From positions 1,577,222 through 1,641,221 of the forward strand of contig OY843752.1 in the NCBI GenBank assembly GCA_963693105.1: DNA of 64,000 nucleotides. Reading direction: 5' to 3'. Made by a program: the position numbers and the translations under genes. Shown piece by piece: positions 20,657-28,660 of this stretch. The notes below the pieces were generated by a model. It worked only from the letters and a program-made list of their open reading frames with translations, ran no database searches and was not told the origin of the DNA. Position 1 is the first letter of the stretch. The number at the start of each line of letters is the position of its first letter. The stretch is from an uncultured candidatus Porisulfidus sp. GTDB lineage: Bacteria > Pseudomonadota > Gammaproteobacteria > Poriferisulfidales > Oxydemutatoraceae.

Positions 20657-20803
20657 TTCTTCACCACGTGCCCTTGATTACTGCGAGTACAAAAAACATG
20701 GTTTCTTATGCCTTGAATTGATTGGTTCGTAACCGTCTGTAATAGTGCGGATACCCAATGTGATTAATATAACAAACTTTTCGGGCTGACAAGGGGAAAA
20801 TGG

Positions 20804-22192
20804 TCAACCTTCCAGTCTCTCCATCCTTTCAGTTTCTTCGCCTATGTCGCTCAAAGCGTTTCTCTCGCCTATCGGCTCCGAATCACCAAATTCGTCAGGC
20901 AGACTGTTTGCCACCCCACGCACGTCAACCTTGCCGGTGACTACATCGGCAATCAGGCGGGTGCGGTATTCTTGCAGGAGTTCAATCTCGCGGCGGGCGC
21001 GTGCAATGGTAGTATCAATGTCGGCGGTGGTGCGGTCAAGGTATTCGACAATAGCGGTTTGTTCAAGCAGAGGAGGAATAGGTAATCTTGAGCGGCTTAA
21101 CTTTTCATAGTCGATGTTCTGGCCTTGCCTGATTCCAGTCACAAAGAACCTAAGATTTTCGATGTATGGCATCGATTTGAACAAGTGCGCGAGATACCTG
21201 TGGTTTTCTGTATTTTTTACAACGAGGATTGTGTATGCAGGGCTGATAATCCCTTGCTCATGCGCATATTCAATACCTCCTTGAAACGATCTAAGACTGA
21301 TAACAAAGTCACCAACACACACCAACTTCAATAAGTGAAGATCTTTCAGTGCCAGAACTGTCCTGCTTTCATATTGCTCTTTGCGAACAACTCCCTTCGT
21401 TTGGGTCGCTGCAAGTAAAGGTTCATTAGGGTACCCTTTTTCGCTTCGCTCATTAAATAGAATTTTTGTTCGCCGAACATCCCAATGTTCCGGCACCTCC
21501 CCCAGCCATTTAATGCCAGAGTCTTTTAGGGGAACATTGGGGTCGAGGCCGCGGGTGATGGCGCGGGTGATGATGGCCTGTTTTTGTTCTTTCAGTAATT
21601 CAACCAGCTTCTGCTTCGCTCGAACAAACCGCCACACCCGTTGCTCCACATAATCCAGATAGTGAACAATCGCGACTTGTTCCGAGAGAGGTGGAAAGCA
21701 TGAGTGGATGGTCTTAAAGTGTTCAGGACGCAGGCTCCACATATCTGATGCAATGCCATAGGACCAGCGCTCGGCTTCTTTTGCAAATGACGGAATTCGA
21801 AAAAGCTGATGGAAGTAATTAGGATTGCTACAATTATGTGGCCGCTGCACTACATACGCGGGACTAATGATGCCTCTGTAATTTGAAACACCAATCGCCC
21901 CCTGCCATGCACGCATTTTGTTGTATGCTATATCTCCGGGCTGTACAACCTTGTAATTTGACTTATCCAAATTTGAGCTATCCTTCTTAGATGTAGTCTC
22001 AAGAAGCGCTGATTGGCGAATCACCCCTTTTTTTATGGTAACGGACAGCATTTGCTCGTCAGGATATCCGCGGTCTTTAACCTCATCAAACATAGCCCGG
22101 TTTGGCAGCACTTCCCAATGCTCCGGCACATCTCCCAGCCACTCGACACCAGAGTCCTTCATTGCGGGATAAGGTTTGAGGTTGGAAATCAT
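20804..22192 (-). CDS. hsdS: Type I restriction-modification specificity subunit HsdS
   Basis: 462 aa with two target-recognition domains and repeated conserved elements (DSGVEWLGDVPEHWEV... / DSGIKWLGEVPEHWDV...). Confidence 0.88.
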   Translation of the reverse strand: MISNLKPYPAMKDSGVEWLGDVPEHWEVLPNRAMFDEVKDRGYPDEQMLSVTIKKGVIRQSALLETTSKKDSSNLDKSNYKVVQPGDIAYNKMRAWQGAIGVSNYRGIISPAYVVQRPHNCSNPNYFHQLFRIPSFAKEAERWSYGIASDMWSLRPEHFKTIHSCFPPLSEQVAIVHYLDYVEQRVWRFVRAKQKLVELLKEQKQAIITRAITRGLDPNVPLKDSGIKWLGEVPEHWDVRRTKILFNERSEKGYPNEPLLAATQTKGVVRKEQYESRTVLALKDLHLLKLVCVGDFVISLRSFQGGIEYAHEQGIISPAYTILVVKNTENHRYLAHLFKSMPYIENLRFFVTGIRQGQNIDYEKLSRSRLPIPPLLEQTAIVEYLDRTTADIDTTIARARREIELLQEYRTRLIADVVTGKVDVRGVANSLPDEFGDSEPIGERNALSDIGEETERMERLEG

Positions 22193-22225
22193 TACAGTAC
22201 TTTCCCTCCCCTATTCATAGTGCCA

Positions 22226-23453
22226 CTAATTGGTTTCCCCAACGATTTCGCCCAACAACCCTTCCGTCTCCTTCTCCAATGCCAGAATATCAGTGCGAAT
22301 TTCCCCCAGTGTGCGCATCGGCTGAGGTTTATAGAAATAGCGGGTGAAACTGATTTCGTAGCCAATCTTGACGCTGTTCTCGACATACCAGGCATCGGAA
22401 ACATGCGGCAACACTTCACGCTTCAGGAATGCCTCAATGCCGCCTTTTTCCGGTAGCGGTATCTGTTCGGTGTCGCGCAGGTCGGTGTCCGGTTCGTATT
22501 CCACTACGGCGGGCTTGCCGTTGATGGCGGTCTCGAAAAGACCTCGCAATGGGTCGGGGACTGTCCCTTTCTTGTGGATTTTCTTGATGATGGGCGGAGC
22601 CTCCTCGCTTCGCTTACCATTTTCTTTCATGTCCTTGATTTCTTTTGCTTTGTAAGCGCGATTCGGGTCGGCGCCTTCAATGCGAAGCGGGCGTTCAACG
22701 GTGATTTTCCAGTAGCCGAAAGCCTCGTTGTCAAAAATCTTGCTCTGCTCTGACTCCTCAAACGCAAGAAAGGTATCGCAAATGCGCTTGATGTCATTCT
22801 CTCCGAGTTCGCAGTTCTTCTTGCCCAGATTCTTGCGTAGCGACTGATACCACCCGGTGGCGTCAATGAGTTGCACCTTGCCCTTGCGGTGTTCAGGCTT
22901 GCGGTTGCTGAGTACCCAGATATAAGTGGCGATGCCAGTGTTATAAAACAGGTTCAACGGCAACGCGATAATAGCCTCCAGCCAATCGTTTTCAATAACC
23001 CATCGGCGGATATTGCTCTCGCCCTGCCCGGCGTCACCCGTGAATAGTGAACTCCCGTTGTGTACTTCAGCAATGCGGCTGCCGAGTTTCGTGCGCCGCT
23101 TCATTTTGCTCAGCATGTTCGCCAGGAAAAGCATCTGGCCGTCGCTGGAGCGGGTTACCAGAGAGTAGTCGGGAACATCAGCGTGACTAATCGAAAAACG
23201 CGTGTCGCTTATTTCGCCTTTCCCGCCCATGCGGTCCAAATCGCTTTTCCAACTCTTGCCATAGGGGGGATTGGAGAGCATGAAATCAAATTCGGTGGAC
23301 GGGAAGGCATCGTTAGAAAGAGTTGAATATTCAGCACCACCGACGATGTTATCCGCCGCTTCGCCTTCACCTTTGAGTAGCATATCCGCCTTACAGATGG
23401 CGTAGGTCTCGGCGTTAATCTCCTGGCCATAGAGGTGTGTCTTAACTTCTTTA
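22226..23453 (-). pseudogene. hsdM: hsdM C-terminal fragment (Type I DNA methyltransferase, catalytic NPPYG region), separated from its 5' part by an IS
   Basis: The fragment carries the NPPYG motif. Hand translation just above the track ORF start gives KEVKTHLYGQEINAETYAICKADM. Joining this to the N-terminal fragment across the IS, minus one TSD copy, restores one open frame. Confidence 0.85.
23446..23453. repeat. Target-site duplication CTTCTTTA (left copy)
   Basis: An identical 8-mer directly flanks both ends of the IS. 8 bp is the usual TSD length for IS1595-family elements. Confidence 0.75.
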
Positions 23454-23585
23454 GGGAATTATATACCAAAATGCACCAAAAACGGGGGAAAGCCTTATAG
23501 GGTAAAGGTTTTTAGTGATTGACATTTGCGCTGAAATATGCAATAATAAACGGGTTGTTAATCACTGATATAGGAGTATATCAAA

Positions 23586-24509
23586 ATGAAAAAGAGAGTA
23601 GCCAAAACCCTATCCACATTTGACTTTATGGCCATGTTTCCGACAGAGAAGAGAGCGCGTAAGTATGTAGAGCGTTTGCTTTGGAAGGGCAAGCCAGTAT
23701 GTCCGCATTGCAAGCATGGCAAGGTAATGACACTGAAAAGAGAAGGTCATTACAAGTGCCATAGTTGCCGCAAGGTATTTACTGTTCGGGTAGGTACCAT
23801 CATGGAGAGTAGCAAGGTGCCGTTTCGCAAGTGGTTGTATGCGATGTATCTGATTGCTACTTCCCGCAAAAGCATTAGCAGTTTGCAGTTGAGTAAAGAG
23901 ATTGGCGTTACTCAAAAGACTGCATGGTTTCTTGGTCATAGAATCCGTGAAGCCTTTAAGAGCGGTGATGTATTGCTTTCAGATATTGTGGAAGTGGATG
24001 AAACCTACATCGGCGGCAAGGAACGCAACAAGCATAGCAACAAGAAGTTGAGGGCTGGTCGTGGAGCAGTGGGTAAGGCGGCTGTAATGGGTATGCGAGA
24101 GCGCACTGGTAAAGTAAAGGCCATGTCGGTAGAGAGTGCGGACAAGCCTACGCTACAAGGTGCAATTCATAAGCACATTGAAAAGGGTTCGGTTGTTTAT
24201 ACCGACGACCACAGGGCTTACTTGGGGTTGGAAGGATACGACCATAGCAAGGTCAATCATTCAGCAAAGGAATATGTAAATGGAATGGCACATACTAACG
24301 GCATTGAGTCGGTATGGGCTGTGCTCAAGCGTGGATATGTAGGCACCTTCCACAATTTCAGCGAGAAGCATTTACAGCGATATGTAGATGAGTTTGCTTT
24401 CAGGTTGAATGAGGGTAACTGTGAAGTGGATACGGAAGACAGGATTGTCGCGCTTTGTAATGGAATGCAAGGCAAGCGTATCAAGTACAAAGATTTGACA
24501 GGGAAGTAA
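23586..24509 (+). CDS. IS1595-family (ISXO2-like) DDE transposase
   Basis: 307 aa with an N-terminal zinc finger (CPHCKHG...CHSCRK), a DDE core and a typical IS1595 C-terminus (YVDEFAFRLNEG). Confidence 0.85.
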   Translation: MKKRVAKTLSTFDFMAMFPTEKRARKYVERLLWKGKPVCPHCKHGKVMTLKREGHYKCHSCRKVFTVRVGTIMESSKVPFRKWLYAMYLIATSRKSISSLQLSKEIGVTQKTAWFLGHRIREAFKSGDVLLSDIVEVDETYIGGKERNKHSNKKLRAGRGAVGKAAVMGMRERTGKVKAMSVESADKPTLQGAIHKHIEKGSVVYTDDHRAYLGLEGYDHSKVNHSAKEYVNGMAHTNGIESVWAVLKRGYVGTFHNFSEKHLQRYVDEFAFRLNEGNCEVDTEDRIVALCNGMQGKRIKYKDLTGK

Positions 24510-24605
24510 CAGGACGGGGCAATGGTGCAGTTTGTGATTAACAACAATACTCTCGGCTGTGCTGTTGCCCTTTATTGTGTGCTGGAGTTAATCAAGTGAA
24601 GGCTG

Positions 24606-24614
24606 CCCCCCCCC
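24606..24614 (+). repeat. C9 homopolymeric tract upstream of the MTase-HNH gene
   Basis: GGCTG-CCCCCCCCC-AAATGG lies 23 nt upstream of the TTG start, or about 59 nt upstream of the first in-frame ATG at 24673. It is a candidate slipped-strand phase-variation tract. Confidence 0.5.
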
Positions 24615-24636
24615 AAATGGTATATGCCAGAACACT

Positions 24637-25842
24637 TTGTACACGGGTGATAACTTGTACATCTTGAACGGCATGAACAGTGAGTCGGTGGACTTGATTT
24701 ACCTTGACCCGCCGTTTAATTCCAAGCGGTTTTATTCGGCACCTGTAGGGAGTAAATCAGCAGGGGCAAGTTTCAAGGATATGTGGACTTGGCAGGATGT
24801 AGATGAAGCCTGCCTTGAGCGGCTGGTGAGTAACTATCCGTACCTTGTTCAGTTTATAGAGGCAGTGGAAGGGATACACGGCAAACCGATGATGTCATAC
24901 ATAACCTACATGACGCAAAGGGTAATAGAATTGCACAGAGTGTTAAAGAGTACTGGAAGTTTGTATCTACATTGCGACCCTACCGCGAGTCACTATCTGA
25001 AAGTGCTACTTGATAGAGTGTTCGGAAAGGGGAACTTTCTGAATGAGATTATCTGGCATTATTACAACGGTTCAAATAGAGCAAAAACAAACTTCGGTAG
25101 AAAGCACGATGTTATATTCTTCTACGCCAAGAAGCGCGATAAGCATTTGTATAACTGGAATGATATGCGAGAGCCGTATGTTAAAGGCAGTTCGTACGCC
25201 AAAGGAACGAATTACGGCAAGAAGGGTTTTTTACAGGGAGATGAACGCGGGAAACTTATGCACGATGTATGGCGTATTCCCTCAATCAATAACATGGCGA
25301 AAGAGCGCACCGGATACCCTACACAGAAACCGCTTGCATTACTCAATCGCATTATCAAAGCCAGTAGTAAAAAGGGGGATGTAGTGTTTGACCCGTTTTG
25401 CGGATGTGCTACGACAATGGTAGCGGCACAACAGTTACAGCGCGGGTGGGTAGGAATAGACATTGAAAGCAAAGCGGCAGAGTTGGTGGTGGATAGATTG
25501 TCAGATGAAGCAGGATTATTCGATGAGTTTATCCATAGAAAGGATGTGCCAGTACGAACGGATGTAAAGATTGAGTCGGAAAAGAGTAAGAGTGTGAAAG
25601 ACAGATTGTTCAATGAGCAAAAAGGGGCATGTAACGGCTGTCGTGATGAGTTTGAGATACGACACTTTGAGGTTGACCATATTATTCCGAGGTCAAAAGG
25701 TGGTGGGAATTACTACGAGAATTATCAGTTGCTTTGTGGAAGTTGCAATCGTACAAAAGGCAATCGGCCTATGGAATACCTACACAAGAAAATAACGGCG
25801 CGTGAGAAACACATGCAGCATAGAATTACTTTCGGAGCATGA
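24637..25842 (+). CDS. Beta-class DNA amino-methyltransferase (N6-adenine or N4-cytosine) fused to a C-terminal HNH endonuclease domain; IS passenger gene
   Basis: Motif IV (LIYLDPPFNS) lies near the N-terminus and motif I (VFDPFCGCATTMVAA) is distal, which is the beta-class order. The C-terminus has HNH signatures (HFEVDHIIPRSKGG...NYQLLCGSCNRTKGN). The track start is TTG; an in-frame ATG at 24673 (MNSESVDLIYLDPPF) is an alternative. Confidence 0.8.
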   Translation: MYTGDNLYILNGMNSESVDLIYLDPPFNSKRFYSAPVGSKSAGASFKDMWTWQDVDEACLERLVSNYPYLVQFIEAVEGIHGKPMMSYITYMTQRVIELHRVLKSTGSLYLHCDPTASHYLKVLLDRVFGKGNFLNEIIWHYYNGSNRAKTNFGRKHDVIFFYAKKRDKHLYNWNDMREPYVKGSSYAKGTNYGKKGFLQGDERGKLMHDVWRIPSINNMAKERTGYPTQKPLALLNRIIKASSKKGDVVFDPFCGCATTMVAAQQLQRGWVGIDIESKAAELVVDRLSDEAGLFDEFIHRKDVPVRTDVKIESEKSKSVKDRLFNEQKGACNGCRDEFEIRHFEVDHIIPRSKGGGNYYENYQLLCGSCNRTKGNRPMEYLHKKITAREKHMQHRITFGA

Positions 25843-25961
25843 ACAAGTCAAAGCCAACAACGCGGAAGGTCAAGAGGGAAAGAAGGCGACCGCCTGCATG
25901 GTTTGATGATGTCGTAAGGAAGGCTTTGTTGTCTGGTGAAGGCAAGAAGAATGCTAAATAG

Positions 25962-25987
25962 TTGGTGCATTTTTGTATATAATTCCC
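25962..25987. repeat. Right inverted repeat of the IS1595-family element
   Basis: TTGGTGCATTTTTGTATATAATTCCC is the reverse complement of the left inverted repeat at 23454-23479, with one mismatch. Confidence 0.75.
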
Positions 25988-25995
25988 CTTCTTTA
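25988..25995. repeat. Target-site duplication CTTCTTTA (right copy)
   Basis: Identical to the 8-mer at 23446-23453. Confidence 0.75.
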
Positions 25996-26756
25996 CCTTG
26001 CTCCTTGGCTAGTTCCCGCAATGTTTCTTCGGCGACCGTCAGCATCCCGCCGGTACCGCAGGCGCCGTCGTAGAGCAGGTAGGTGCTGGACTTGATCTTG
26101 TCGGCAACGGGAAGGAAGATGAGTTTTGCCATCAACTTGACCGCATCGCGCGGCGTCCAGTGTTCACCGGCTTCTTCGTTATTCTTTTCGTTGAAACGGC
26201 GCACCAATTCCTCAAAGATTGTGCCCATGCCGTGGTTGTCCAGACCGGGATGCTTGATCGATCCGTCTTTATTCTTTATCGGGTAGGGGCTGAGATTGAT
26301 ATCGGGTGATGTGAGTTTTTCAATCAATGTGCCCAACGCATCAGCTTTCGAGAGGTCCGGAATCTGGTTGCGAAACTTGAAGTTGTCGAGAATATCCTGC
26401 ACGTTGGGCGAAAAGCCGTCGAGATATGCTTCAAAGTCAGCGCGAAGTTGCTGTTGATTGGCACAGGCTTTCAGGTCCCGTAGGGTGAATTTGGAAACAT
26501 TGTAGAACGCATGCCCGGCGGCCATACGTAAAGTCCCGTCCTGTTCGACCACTTTGGCTTTATCCAGTCGGCTCATCGCATCCAAGACGGCTTGCTTGCT
26601 GTTCTCCAGTACCGCGTCCAGGCGACGAAGAAGGGTCATGGGAAGAATCACATCGCGGTATTTCCCTCGCACGTACAAATCGCGTAGCACATCGTCTGCG
26701 ATGCCCCAGATAAAAGCGACAATTCTTCCGTGTTGGTCGTTGTTCATGTCGGTCAA
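25988..26756 (-). pseudogene. hsdM: hsdM N-terminal fragment (HsdM_N domain plus AdoMet-binding motif I)
   Basis: HsdM N-terminal domain plus motif I (LYDGACGTGGML). The authentic sequence ends ...LRELAKEQGKE at the IS junction. The last 45 aa of the track ORF (ELYTKMHQ...) are read-through into the IS inverted repeat. Confidence 0.85.
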
Positions 26757-26777
26757 CTCACAGACAAGCCTGAGATT

Positions 26778-28169
26778 TTACTCCACCGGAAGCGCACGGC
26801 GTATCCGCGCGAGACAGCGTTCCTTCCCCAGCCATTCCATCACCCGGCTGAGGTCGGGGCTGGGTGCGCCGCCGGTCAGCGCGAAGCGCAGCGGTTTGCC
26901 GAGTTTTCCCATCGGGATGTTCAATTCTTTCAGCACGCCGGACAAGGTCTGTTTCAGCACTTCATCGCGCCATTCCCCGACCGACTCCAGCGCCGCGAGC
27001 AGGCGGTTCAGGTATGAACCCACCTCGGCGGTCGCGTGTTTGCGCGCCGTGGCGGTGTCGTAGTCTATTTCTTCTTTGTACAGAAAAACCGCGCCCTGCG
27101 CCATTGCCTGCAACGTCGGATGACGCGACTTCATCGCATCCATCACGTCTTCAAGCGCGGGGCCTTGCGCGGGGTCGCATCCGAGCAGCCGCAGGCGCGC
27201 GGCAAAATCATCCGCCAACGAGGCCGACGGCGTTTGCGCCAGATAGTGCCCGTTCAGCCAGTCGAGTTTGTCGGGATCGAACGCCGCGGCGGAGGCATTC
27301 AGGCCGTCGAGGTCGAAATACCGCACCATCTCATCGAGCGAAAACACTTCCTGGTCGCCATGCGCCCAGCCGAGACGCACCAGGCAGTTGAGCAGCGCCG
27401 CGGGCAGATAGCCCTGCTCGCGGTAGTGCGCGACACCGGGCGCCCCGGTGCGCTTCGACAGCCTCGCGCCGTGGCGGTCGAGAATCAGCGGCACGTGCGC
27501 GTAGTCCGGCGGCGACGCATCGAGCGCGCGGAAAATATTGAACTGGCGCGGCGTGTTGCTCAAGTGATCGTCGCCGCGAATCACGTGTGTAATCTCCATG
27601 TCCATGTCGTCCACGACGACCGTCAGGTTGTAAGTCGGCGTTCCGTCGGCGCGCGCGATTACCAGATCGTCGAGCTCGCTGTTGGCGGTCTCGACCTCGC
27701 CGTGTACATGGTCGCGAAAGACCACCGCGCCTTGTTGCGGATTCATAAAGCGCACCACCGGCGCAACGCCCGCGCGCGGCGCGCGGCCATCGCGGCAGCG
27801 CCCGTTGTAACGCGGTTTGTCGCCCTTCGCGAGTTGTTCGCGGCGCAGTTCCTCGAGTTCCTCGCGGGTGCAGTAGCAATGATAGGCTTTGCCTTCGTCG
27901 AGCAGGCGCGCGATGACTTCGCGGTAACGCGCCATTCTGTGGCTCTGGTAGAAGGGGCCTTCGTCCCAATCCAGCCCAAGCCACGCCAGCCCGTCCTGAA
28001 TCGCGTTCGCCGACTCTTCGCTGGAACGTTCGCGGTCGGTGTCCTCGATACGCAGCACAAAACAGCCGTCGTGACGACGCGCGTACAGCCACGAAAACAA
28101 CGCGGTGCGCATGCTGCCCGCGTGCAGCACGCCGGTCGGGCTCGGTGCGAAACGCGTGCGGACTTTCAT
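26778..28169 (-). CDS. gltX: Glutamate--tRNA ligase GltX
   Basis: Protein MKVRTRFAPSPTGVLHAGSMRTALFSWLYARRH... carries the HIGH-type motif. A KMSKS-equivalent region is present. Start is internal Met37 of the track ORF; 463 aa. Confidence 0.92.
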   Translation of the reverse strand: MKVRTRFAPSPTGVLHAGSMRTALFSWLYARRHDGCFVLRIEDTDRERSSEESANAIQDGLAWLGLDWDEGPFYQSHRMARYREVIARLLDEGKAYHCYCTREELEELRREQLAKGDKPRYNGRCRDGRAPRAGVAPVVRFMNPQQGAVVFRDHVHGEVETANSELDDLVIARADGTPTYNLTVVVDDMDMEITHVIRGDDHLSNTPRQFNIFRALDASPPDYAHVPLILDRHGARLSKRTGAPGVAHYREQGYLPAALLNCLVRLGWAHGDQEVFSLDEMVRYFDLDGLNASAAAFDPDKLDWLNGHYLAQTPSASLADDFAARLRLLGCDPAQGPALEDVMDAMKSRHPTLQAMAQGAVFLYKEEIDYDTATARKHATAEVGSYLNRLLAALESVGEWRDEVLKQTLSGVLKELNIPMGKLGKPLRFALTGGAPSPDLSRVMEWLGKERCLARIRRALPVE

Positions 28170-28660
28170 GCGCCGATAATCAACAACAGCGCCTGCATCC
28201 CGACGAGGGTGAAAAGGCCGGCGAGCAGGTCGTCGAGCATGATCCCGAAACCGCCGGTAACATGGCGGTCCACCCAATCAATCGGCCACGGCTTGAGCAC
28301 GTCGAGAACGCGAAACAGCAGGAAGGCGAGAACCAGCCAGGCACAGTCGCCGGGCAAATGAGCGGGCAGATAAAAAAGGCCGAGCAACATGCCGGCAATC
28401 TCATCAATCACAATGGCCCGATGGTCGTGCGCGCCCAGTGCCGCGCTCGTGTAACCGGCGGCGGCCGTGCCGACCGCGAACAACGCCGCGACCACCGCCA
28501 GATAAGCCCACGCCGGCAGCCCGACAATCAGAAAATACACCGGAAACGCCAGCAACGTGCCGAGCGTGCCGGGGGCGACCGGCGCCAGACCGGCGCCGAA
28601 ACCCAGCGACAGAACATGCACCGGATTCCGGGACATGAAGCGGAAATCGGGCTTCTTCAT
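28166..28660 (-). CDS. pgpA: Phosphatidylglycerophosphatase A (PgpA)
   Basis: Protein MKKPDFRFMSRNPVHVLSLGFGAGLAPVAPGTLGTLLAFP... is the typical PgpA membrane protein, 164 aa. Start is internal Met79 of the track ORF. Its stop overlaps the gltX start as ATGA. Confidence 0.85.
   Translation of the reverse strand: MKKPDFRFMSRNPVHVLSLGFGAGLAPVAPGTLGTLLAFPVYFLIVGLPAWAYLAVVAALFAVGTAAAGYTSAALGAHDHRAIVIDEIAGMLLGLFYLPAHLPGDCAWLVLAFLLFRVLDVLKPWPIDWVDRHVTGGFGIMLDDLLAGLFTLVGMQALLLIIGA

Larger units (their letters stand above)
23454..25987 (+). mobile_element. IS1595-family insertion sequence (about 2.5 kb) carrying a transposase and a methyltransferase-HNH passenger gene, inserted into hsdM
   Basis: Inverted repeats: IRL GGGAATTATATACCAAAATGCACCAA, and the reverse complement of IRR GGGGAATTATATACAAAAATGCACCAAC (about 25/26 match). 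Flanked by an 8-bp direct repeat. Removing the element restores the hsdM reading frame. Confidence 0.85.

Noticed and set aside
22013-22456. 147-aa plus-strand ORF spanning the hsdS/hsdM junction
   Set aside because: It is antisense to the hsdS start and hsdM end, and it has no features.
25848-25987. Last 45 aa of the hsdM N-terminal ORF (ELYTKMHQLFSILL...)
   Set aside because: It is read-through into the IS right inverted repeat after the insertion junction and is not part of HsdM.
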